A DNA stretch of 64,000 bases, from the IMG/VR virus record IMGVR_UViG_3300027852_000034, positions 33,461 through 97,460 of that record; one strand, 5' to 3'. The position numbers and the translations under genes were made by a program. Position 1 is the first letter of the stretch. Each line of letters begins with the position of its first letter. Below, in pieces: positions 58,575 through 64,000 of the stretch. Source of the stretch: a virus (lineage: Duplodnaviria > Heunggongvirae > Uroviricota > Caudoviricetes). Below the pieces are notes generated by a model. That model did no database searches and had not been told where the DNA came from. It was given only the letters and a program-made list of their open reading frames with translations.

Positions 58575-58684
58575 GCAGAACCGAAGAGACTGGATTATCT
58601 ACTGACAAGAAGTACGGGCAATAGTAACAGTCCTTTATTGTTGAAAGACAATATAAATTAAACCAGTATCATAACTTGTTCTGT
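58575..58684 (+). ncRNA. Y RNA-like unit 0
   Basis: Closing stem CAGAAC/GTTCTG; CCGAA-GAGACTGG-ATTATC; 3' AACTTG; followed by T-run. Confidence 0.7.
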
Positions 58685-58699
58685 TTACTTTTTTGAATG

Positions 58700-58825
58700 T
58701 AGGGCCGAAGTAATTAGGTTATCACACACTGTGGTACGTAGGTTCGAATCCTGCCTCTTCTAACGAAGAGTGGTCGAGTGGTTAGACAATAGTCCAAAAT
58801 GCCTACTTACAACAACTTGCCTTAC
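58700..58825 (+). ncRNA. Y RNA-like unit 1 with embedded tRNA-half-like module
   Basis: Stem AGGGC/GCCTT (G-U); CCGAA-GTAATTAG-GTTATC; internal GTAGGTTCGAATCCTGC T-arm, CTCTTC-TAAC-GAAGAG hairpin, D-loop-like GTCGAGTGGTTAGAC; 3' AACTTG. Confidence 0.7.
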
Positions 58826-58841
58826 TACTAGTTTTAGAATA

Positions 58842-58974
58842 TAGGACCGAAGTAATTAGATTATCGCGGAGCTGTTATACATAGGTTCGAATCCTGTCTC
58901 CCCGACACTAACGGGGAGTAGCCGAGCGGAGCAGGCGGCAGCAATATAACTCTATTTGCAATCAACTTGTCCTA
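58842..58974 (+). ncRNA. Y RNA-like unit 2 with embedded tRNA-half-like module
   Basis: Stem TAGGAC/GTCCTA; CCGAA-GTAATTAG-ATTATC; T-arm ATAGGTTCGAATCCTGT; CTCCCCG-ACACTAA-CGGGGAG hairpin; 3' AACTTG. Confidence 0.7.
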
Positions 58975-59099
58975 TTTTATTTTATGAGATTTTTAAATGA
59001 AGTCGTATAAACTTTTACAAAATTATTTAGGATATCTCAGAACCTTTGCAATGAAAACTGGGACTCCTATAATCACTGCTACACAAAAAGAGGCTAGAA

Positions 59100-59408
59100 A
59101 TGACTGTTTCAAAAAAAGAAGAACTTCAAAAGAAAGCACTTGAGGTTTTTAATAAACTCTCTGCAAAAAAGAAGTTTAAACGTTTGGCTAAAAGAGATTT
59201 TAAAATCTCTCTGTGTGAAACACATGATAACTATACCACAGTTATATTGTCCACAGGAAAAATCAGTTACGTAGGGACTGCAAAATGTAATCCTAATTTT
59301 GATGAAGTCGATCAAGATAGAGGTACATCTATTGCAATGTCCAGAGCCTTGTCACGTATGTTAGATACGAAAGACTCAGGTGTTCCAAAGTTATCTGTCT
59401 CACCGTAA
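59100..59408 (+). CDS. hypothetical protein
   Basis: ORF 102 aa between Y-RNA array 1 and tRNA-Leu. Confidence 0.5.
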   Translation: MTVSKKEELQKKALEVFNKLSAKKKFKRLAKRDFKISLCETHDNYTTVILSTGKISYVGTAKCNPNFDEVDQDRGTSIAMSRALSRMLDTKDSGVPKLSVSP

Positions 59409-59413
59409 TATTT

Positions 59414-59499
59414 GCGGAGATGGCGGAATTGGTAGACGCAAGGGATTTAAAATCCCTCGATCTTAGATCGTGAGGGTTCAAGTCCCTCTCTCCGCACCA
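59414..59499 (+). tRNA. tRNA-Leu(TAA), CCA encoded
   Basis: Acceptor GCGGAGA/TCTCCGC; D-arm GCGGAATTGGTAGACGC; anticodon arm AGGGA-TTTAAAA-TCCCT; long variable arm; T-arm GAGGGTTCAAGTCCCTC; ACCA. Confidence 0.85.
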
Positions 59500-59521
59500 T
59501 TTACTTTTACAGGGGATTCAC

Positions 59522-59788
59522 ATGTTAAAACATAAGTTTAAGCATAAGTTAGGTGCTGAGGCAAAAGATATAATCACAGGTTTTGAAGGTGTCATATATA
59601 GCCGTACTCAATGGTTACACAACTGTAACACCTACGGTTTGCAGCCTAAAGAATTGAAAGATGGTGTACCTCAAAAGTTAACCTACTTTGATGAGCCTCA
59701 ATTAAAGGTTATAAAAGCTAAGGTTATAAAACCTAAAAGGGATACAGGTGGACCTGTACGAGAAGTACCTGCTACTAATAGAGAGTAG
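59522..59788 (+). CDS. hypothetical protein
   Basis: ORF 88 aa, CAGGGGATTCACATG RBS. Confidence 0.45.
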   Translation: MLKHKFKHKLGAEAKDIITGFEGVIYSRTQWLHNCNTYGLQPKELKDGVPQKLTYFDEPQLKVIKAKVIKPKRDTGGPVREVPATNRE

Positions 59789-59794
59789 AAAAAA

Positions 59795-59869
59795 GCTCCA
59801 TTAGATCAGCGGTTAGATCCCAACCCTTTCAAGGTTGTAACTCCAGTTCGATTCTGGGATGGAGCACCA
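59795..59869 (+). tRNA. tRNA-Glu(TTC), CCA encoded
   Basis: Acceptor GCTCCAT/ATGGAGC; D-arm GATCAGCGGTTAGATC; anticodon arm CAACC-CTTTCAA-GGTTG; T-arm CCAGTTCGATTCTGG; ACCA. Confidence 0.85.
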
Positions 59870-59886
59870 ATTAAAGAAGATGGAAC

Positions 59887-60054
59887 ATGTACTACTATGT
59901 GATTCATTTAACAGAAACAGATGGTGACTGTATGGCACACTGTTGCCAATCTCCTAATGAAGTTAAGAAATATGTAAAAAAGCATCGCTTTGATAAAGAC
60001 GATTATATTCTTATTAAAGGAATGAGAACTAAATTAAACGAATGTGAAAACTAA
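59887..60054 (+). CDS. small Cys-containing protein (55 aa)
   Basis: Manually read ORF MYYYVIHLTETDGDCMAHCCQSPNEVKKYVKKH...; below track cutoff. Confidence 0.3.
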   Translation: MYYYVIHLTETDGDCMAHCCQSPNEVKKYVKKHRFDKDDYILIKGMRTKLNECEN

Positions 60055-60191
60055 GAACATGTGGCAATGGTTTCGTAAATTATTAGGTGGTACTTGGTAT
60101 TTAGTAGACAATGAAGGATGCCATTGTTCTTATTGGACACGTAAGAAACCGACTAGTAGTTGGTACTATATACGAAAGACAGAGAAATACT

Positions 60192-60270
60192 AGGGGCATG
60201 GCGAAGCTGGCCTAACGCACAAGGTTTTGATCCTTGCATTTCGATGGTTCGACTCCATCTGCCCCTTCCA
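60192..60270 (+). tRNA. tRNA-Gln(TTG), CCA encoded
   Basis: Acceptor AGGGGCA/TGCCCCT; D-arm GGCGAAGCTGGCCTAACGCA (like E. coli tRNA-Gln); anticodon arm CAAGG-TTTTGAT-CCTTG; T-arm GATGGTTCGACTCCATC; TCCA. Confidence 0.8.
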
Positions 60271-60275
60271 ATTTA

Positions 60276-60346
60276 GGTGTTAGTAGCTTAATGGCAAAGC
60301 TGCTCCGAGCGGAGTGAAAAGGAAGTTCGATTCTTTCTCTAACACA
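60276..60346 (+). ncRNA. aberrant tRNA-like element (good acceptor, D- and T-arms; anticodon arm with 4-nt loop)
   Basis: GTGTTAG/CTAACAC acceptor; D-arm GCTTAATGGCAAAGC; GCTCC-GAGC-GGAGT hairpin in place of anticodon arm; T-arm GGAAGTTCGATTCTTTC; no CCA. Confidence 0.4.
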
Positions 60347-60349
60347 AGG

Positions 60350-60815
60350 TTTAACAAGGTGGGAATACTGGAACATTGGAGATGAAAGTATTCTTTAAGA
60401 CGGGTGCCGGAGCTGACCAGGTCGTTAAATATTGTTTCTCAGCTTACGCTCCTTCTCGTAATCGGTGTGAATCCGATCATCTTGACCCAGACAGCGGTGA
60501 ACCGGACATGGATTGAGGGATAACTTAGTGACACCTACAATTCACGGTTATGCACTAATGGCCAATCCTGCTTCAAGGTTTGAATCCTTGCACCGCTTAT
60601 TAAATGAGGATATATGCCCGAATCCCTGTATGGTTAAGACATATATTCAATAGTCCAGAGGACCACAGAACGGTGTATGTGGAGCTAAAGCCCTGTCGCT
60701 ATGAAACATACACTTGCCGTAAGGATTGGGATGTTCGAAGCCGGAACTGATCGAGGCTCAAACCTGGCAAGTAGGTGGAAAGCCTACACTTATTTAACAA
60801 TCCTTTAATTTTTTA
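60350..60815 (+). ncRNA. ~460-nt ORF-poor structured non-coding segment within the tRNA cluster
   Basis: Multiple stable hairpins (GAATACT...AGTATTC; ATCGGTGTGAATCCGAT; CAAGGTTTGAATCCTTG T-arm-like); AGCGGTG ... CACCGCT long-range acceptor-like pairing spanning ~115 nt; no ORF >=60 aa. Confidence 0.35.
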
Positions 60816-60825
60816 GAGGTGGAGA

Positions 60826-60968
60826 TGACTGCTTTTCAAGAAGGTGTAGAAGCATACCATCGCGGAGATGATTTCAATAATGACAATCCGTTTGATGAAG
60901 AAGATTACCAACATGCAGAATGGCGGGCTGGCTGGGAAGCTGGCGCAGAATGTGAAGAGGAACTTTAA
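60826..60968 (+). CDS. small acidic protein (47 aa)
   Basis: Manually read ORF MTAFQEGVEAYHRGDDFNNDNPFDEEDYQHAEW...; AGAGGTGGAGATG RBS. Confidence 0.3.
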
Positions 60969-60970
60969 AA

Positions 60971-61282
60971 ATGCTTACTAGAAGAGATGTTCTAAAAGGT
61001 TTGATAGCACTGGCAGCAGCGCCTGCTATTGTAAAAGCTGAAAGTATTATGAAGATCAAACCTCTAATCATACCAGCAGGTTTTACCTGGGATGAACACA
61101 CCGTTGCAACCGTATCATTAGAGATCACTGACGGTATACATGCAGGAGATTATCTGCGTATCTATAATGCAGACACTGGAGAAATACTAGTAAACCAGAT
61201 TTTTAAATGTGATGAGGACATTATAACCTTGTCACCTCAGAGAAACCCTATAATCGTAACATCAGTTAGAACAATATGGTAA
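60971..61282 (+). CDS. small secreted protein with twin-arginine (Tat) signal
   Basis: MLTRRDVLKGLIALAAAPAIVKA: RRxVLK Tat motif + hydrophobic region + AxA cleavage site. Confidence 0.55.
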   Translation: MLTRRDVLKGLIALAAAPAIVKAESIMKIKPLIIPAGFTWDEHTVATVSLEITDGIHAGDYLRIYNADTGEILVNQIFKCDEDIITLSPQRNPIIVTSVRTIW

Positions 61283-61294
61283 ATTATCGCCTCC

Positions 61295-61369
61295 GCCAGC
61301 TTAGTTTAAGTGGTATAACAGTAGATTTGTAATCTTCCATCATCAGTTCGATTCTGATAGCTGGCTCCA
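61295..61369 (+). tRNA. tRNA-Thr(TGT), CCA encoded
   Basis: Acceptor GCCAGCT/AGCTGGC; anticodon loop TTTGTAA; T-arm ATCAGTTCGATTCTGAT; TCCA; one mismatch in anticodon stem. Confidence 0.65.
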
Positions 61370-61424
61370 ATTAACAACAGGAAAACCAATGGTTAATTAA
61401 AACAATTAATTAAAACACAAAAAC

Positions 61425-61480
61425 CACAGGTATAACTATTGCAAGTTTAGAAATATTATATATAATATAAGTTATATAGT
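61425..61480 (+). promoter_or_regulatory. bipartite class-B promoter of Y-RNA array 2
   Basis: CACAGGTATAACTATTGCAAGT...ATATTATATATAATATAA, near-duplicate of 58511..58556. Confidence 0.6.
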
Positions 61481-61489
61481 GTTTTGAAA

Positions 61490-61583
61490 GATGAACCGAA
61501 TATTAAGGGTTATCGCCGATGAAAGTGGCTACATGCCATTTGTAGGTTCAACTCCTACACTCCTTAATGAATACTTGTTCATC
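61490..61583 (+). ncRNA. Y RNA-like unit 3
   Basis: Stem ATGAAC/GTTCAT; CCGAA-TATTAAGG-GTTATC; internal T-arm-like GTAGGTTCAACTCCTAC; 3' TACTTG. Confidence 0.7.
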
Positions 61584-61595
61584 CACAGATTTAAA

Positions 61596-61664
61596 TGATG
61601 AGCCGAATGCTGGTAGGTTATCTTTTTGGGAGCTAATCCCTACAAGCGCGTTACTTGCTCATTT
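61596..61664 (+). ncRNA. Y RNA-like unit 4 (minimal)
   Basis: Stem ATGAGC/GCTCAT; CCGAA-TGCTGGTA-GGTTATC; TTACTTG 3' block. Confidence 0.7.
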
Positions 61665-61678
61665 AATGTTTTAAAATT

Positions 61679-61805
61679 ACGGACCGAATTGGATTGGGTT
61701 ATCCATGCAAGGAGGATGTCAGGGGTTCGATTCCCTTCTTATCTGAAAAGATAAGTAGCTCAGTTGGCAGAGCGCCTAAACCCCAATCCTAAATAACTTG
61801 TCCGT
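61679..61805 (+). ncRNA. Y RNA-like unit 5 with permuted-order tRNA-like insert
   Basis: Stem ACGGAC/GTCCGT; CCGAA-TTGGATTG-GGTTATC; insert order T-arm (AGGGGTTCGATTCCCTT) - CTTATCT-GAAA-AGATAAG acceptor-like hairpin - TA - D-arm GCTCAGTTGGCAGAGC; 3' AACTTG. Confidence 0.7.
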
Positions 61806-61840
61806 ATATCATTTAAGAGGAGTTTAAAATTAAGGGCCGA

Positions 61841-61938
61841 ATTGTTATGGGTTCTCTGACTGTTTATCAGGCAATATGGGTTCGACACCCATCTAGTGTG
61901 TGGACATAGCTTCCCCCAAAACTAATAACTTGCCCTTA
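61841..61938 (+). ncRNA. Y RNA-like unit 6 with anticodon-arm(GTT)+T-arm module
   Basis: Stem TAAGGGC/GCCCTTA; CCGAA-TTGTTATG-GGTTCTC; TCTGA-CTGTTTA-TCAGG and ATGGGTTCGACACCCAT hairpins; TTCCCCC tract; 3' AACTTG. Confidence 0.7.
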
Positions 61939-61952
61939 TACCGTTTAAATAT

Positions 61953-62056
61953 ATGGACCGAATTTAATTAGGTTATCATTAGTTCGACTCTAATCTACTG
62001 CTTAGGTAGTAGAGCCCTATAGGTAGGGCACCCCTAGTTATATGCAACTTGTCCAT
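61953..62056 (+). ncRNA. Y RNA-like unit 7
   Basis: Stem ATGGAC/GTCCAT; CCGAA-TTTAATTA-GGTTATC; T-arm-like ATTAGTTCGACTCTAAT; CACCCCTAG tract; 3' AACTTG. Confidence 0.7.
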
Positions 62057-62065
62057 ATTGTTTTA

Positions 62066-62138
62066 TATGAGCCGAATGTGTTGGGTTATCTCTCGGACTT
62101 ACACTCTGATCACCCCCGATACAGATCACTCGCTCATT
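62066..62138 (+). ncRNA. Y RNA-like unit 8 (minimal)
   Basis: Stem ATGAGC/GCTCAT; CCGAA-TGTGTTGG-GTTATC; N8-GG pairs with CCCGATACA; CACCCCC tract. Confidence 0.7.
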
Positions 62139-62150
62139 TTAATTTGTAAT

Positions 62151-62215
62151 TATGAGCCGAATAGGTTTAGGTTATCCTTCTAAGATACCCCCTAGACCTG
62201 ATTAACTTGCTCATT
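62151..62215 (+). ncRNA. Y RNA-like unit 9 (minimal)
   Basis: Stem ATGAGC/GCTCAT; CCGAA-TAGGTTTA-GGTTATC; AGGTTTAGG pairs with CCTAGACCT; TACCCCC tract; CTGATT-AACTTG. Confidence 0.75.
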
Positions 62216-62228
62216 TTAAGTTGAAATT

Positions 62229-62295
62229 GTGAGCCGAAAAGTGCAGGGTTATCTAACCTTCCAATGAACCCCTGTCTCTGATTAACTTGCTCACA
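62229..62295 (+). ncRNA. Y RNA-like unit 10 (minimal)
   Basis: Stem GTGAGC/GCTCAC; CCGAA-AAGTGCAG-GGTTATC; AACCCCTG tract; CTGATT-AACTTG. Confidence 0.75.
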
Positions 62296-62308
62296 CATAT
62301 TTAAAATG

Positions 62309-62336
62309 AGCCTTGCAATTTTGCAGGGCTTTTTTG
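62309..62336 (+). terminator. rho-independent terminator ending Y-RNA array 2
   Basis: GAGCCTTGCAA-TT-TTGCAGGGCT hairpin + T5. Confidence 0.7.
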
Positions 62337-62357
62337 TGAAAGAAAGGAGAATCAAAA

Positions 62358-64000
62358 ATGGCTGCACCATATGGCGACATTACTTCTAAAAAGAAGACCG
62401 CACAATCTCAAGCTATCCCAGGTAGAGAAGCAGAGATGGAAAAAAACAACGCAGGTGGATACACCTTTTTATCTAATGATTGGGATCAATTACTGCGATT
62501 CCTTATCATCGGTTCCATAGGTGGGACATACTATGTGACTCAGAATAAACTGACTTTGGATAACACAAGCCATATCAAAGGACTTGTCAAAGAAGATGGA
62601 ATTCGGGTTGTCAATGAAGTTGTCCGTGTATCTGATGAAGGTTTAGCCCTGCGTAATGACCCTGCACTGTTTGTACTGGCAATATGTGCTGCTGATGGAA
62701 ATATAGATGTACGCCAGCATGCTTTAGAGAACTTACCTAAAGTAGCTAGAACTGCTACCCATCTGTTTACTTTTATCTCATATGTAAAAGAAATGAGAGG
62801 TTGGGGACGTGCGTTAAAGAACGCTGTAGCAAACTGGTATCAAAAACGTAAGGCTCCTAGCTTGGCATATCAGATTGTCAAGTATCGTAACAGAGAAGGT
62901 TTCACTCACCGTGACGTACTTCGGTTAACAAAGCCTAAGCCAAAGGATGATGAGCATGACTTCCTGTACGGCTATGCTGCTAACAAAGTAGTCTTTGATG
63001 ATGGTAAGTTTATCAAATCTGAAAAAGATGCTAAGGATACTGTAATTCAATTACCTGCAGGATTAGATATCATCAAAGGTGTCGAATTAATAAAGCAGGA
63101 AGGTTTGTCTCGTACTCAAGTAGTTAATCTGATTTCAGATTATAATCTGACACATGAGATGATTCCTAACGAGTACAAAGGTGAGCCTGTTGTTTGGGAA
63201 GCACTGTTAGAGCGTATGCCACTTACTGCTATGATTCGTAACTTAGGTAAAATGACATCTATAGGTCTTTTAAAGCCTATGTCTAATGCATCTAAGCTGG
63301 TTGTAAACAAGTTGCGTGACCAGGAATACTTGCAGAAAAGCAGAGTACATCCAATTGCTGTACTTATTGCATTAAAAGTATATGCAAACGGTGCTGGTAT
63401 TAAAGGTAGCTTGGCTTGGAATCCAGTCCAAACTATTAATGATGCTCTTGAAGGTGGATTTTATAAAGCTTTTAAGAATGTAGAGCCTACTGGTAAAAAT
63501 ACATTACTTGCATTGGATGTATCAGGTTCTATGGGTTGGAATGATGTGATGGGCATTAACTTTATGAAATGCTCTGAACTGACAGCAGCTATGGCTTTGG
63601 TAACCGCAAATGTGGAGCCTAACTATATGATCTTTGGGTTCTCTGATCGGTTTAAAGCGTTGGATATTTCTGCTTCTGACTCTTTGATAGACGCTACTAG
63701 AAAAGTAGCCAATCGTACATTCGGACGTACAGATTGTGCATTACCTATGGAGTACGCTAAGCAGCAAAAATTGGATGTAGATTCTTTCTTTATTTATACA
63801 GACAATGAAACTTGGGCTGGTCGTATTCAACCATCACAAGCTTTGATTGCATACCGCAAAAAGTCTGGTAATGATGCTAAGCTGGCAGTAATTGCAGCAG
63901 CAGCAACCCGCTTTACAATTGCAGATCCAAAAGATCCTGGTATGTTAGATGTCTGCGGATTCAGTTCAGATACACCCAAAGTGTTAAGCGGGTTGCTGCT
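62358..64000 (+). CDS. rsr: Ro60/Rsr ortholog: TROVE domain + C-terminal vWA (MIDAS DVSGSM); 3'-partial at window end
   Basis: GAAAGGAGAATCAAAAATG RBS; N-terminus QLLRFLIIGSIGGTYYVTQNKLTLDN...LRNDPALFVLAICAAD aligns with human Ro60 [26 protein letters not shown]...KQEPMLFALAIGCAAD; HRDVLRLTKPKP vs HKDLLRLSHLKP; MIDAS LALDVSGSM. Confidence 0.85.
   Translation, partial: MAAPYGDITSKKKTAQSQAIPGREAEMEKNNAGGYTFLSNDWDQLLRFLIIGSIGGTYYVTQNKLTLDNTSHIKGLVKEDGIRVVNEVVRVSDEGLALRNDPALFVLAICAADGNIDVRQHALENLPKVARTATHLFTFISYVKEMRGWGRALKNAVANWYQKRKAPSLAYQIVKYRNREGFTHRDVLRLTKPKPKDDEHDFLYGYAANKVVFDDGKFIKSEKDAKDTVIQLPAGLDIIKGVELIKQEGLSRTQVVNLISDYNLTHEMIPNEYKGEPVVWEALLERMPLTAMIRNLGKMTSIGLLKPMSNASKLVVNKLRDQEYLQKSRVHPIAVLIALKVYANGAGIKGSLAWNPVQTINDALEGGFYKAFKNVEPTGKNTLLALDVSGSMGWNDVMGINFMKCSELTAAMALVTANVEPNYMIFGFSDRFKALDISASDSLIDATRKVANRTFGRTDCALPMEYAKQQKLDVDSFFIYTDNETWAGRIQPSQALIAYRKKSGNDAKLAVIAAAATRFTIADPKDPGMLDVCGFSSDTPKVLSGLL

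Noticed and set aside
60350-60815. tmRNA or RNase P RNA in the structured non-coding stretch
   Set aside because: No tag-peptide reading frame with a resume codon. No GGGGC...CCACCA tRNA-like terminal pairing typical of tmRNA. No RNase P conserved regions (e.g. AGGGCAGGTAA) visible. Left as an unclassified structured RNA.
58575-62295. Repeated ~65-135-nt units considered as a CRISPR array, REP/MITE elements or degenerate tRNA pseudogenes
   Set aside because: Units are not identical repeats with unique spacers. Instead they share short conserved blocks with co-varying flanking helices, which is the signature of a structured RNA family. The blocks match the Ro-binding module of Y RNAs, and a Ro60 gene is adjacent.

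Overview
This is the early/replication region of an AT-rich (roughly 35-37% GC) tailed-phage-like genome. About 110 tightly packed + strand genes, nearly all with AGGAG-type ribosome-binding sites, sit behind recurrent phage promoter motifs; only a Rep module and two genes at the left edge are on the - strand. No virion structural genes are present.

Recognisable content:
- A T4-like replication/recombination set: family-A DNA polymerase with 3'-5' exonuclease, DnaN-like clamp, clamp loader, DnaB-like and SNF2 helicases, a large SF2 DEAD/DEAH helicase with an N-terminal Zn ribbon, gp32-like SSB, RecA/UvsX-like recombinase, Mre11/SbcD nuclease, 5'-3' exonuclease/FEN, ATP-dependent DNA ligase.
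- A plasmid-like origin: a Rep_3-family initiator on the - strand, 3.5 x 22-bp iterons, an AT-rich unwinding region, and two ParB paralogs.
- A split 7-deazaguanine DNA-modification cluster: FolE, a QueD-like protein, radical-SAM QueE, a DpdA-like transglycosylase and an HNH endonuclease. No QueC was recognised.
- A secreted SNase-like nuclease, an SPFH lipoprotein, and many small Cys-rich proteins.

The main result is the right end (58.5-64 kb). Two promoter-driven tandem arrays there hold 11 units that look like Y RNAs. Each has a co-varying terminal stem, the conserved blocks CCGAA-N8-(G)TTATC and polyC-ACTTG, and an upper stem between N8 and the pyrimidine tract; the conserved blocks read the same as the Ro-binding module of vertebrate hY RNAs. 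Several units carry tRNA-half-like inserts. Four canonical tRNAs (Leu-TAA, Glu-TTC, Gln-TTG, Thr-TGT) and other structured non-coding RNA lie between the arrays. Immediately downstream is a phage-encoded Ro60/TROVE-vWA protein, cut off by the window edge, whose N-terminus aligns convincingly with human Ro60. An 11-copy diversified Y-RNA array next to a viral Ro60 is, as far as I know, undescribed.

Coordinates of RNA elements were hand-counted and may be off by 1-3 nt.
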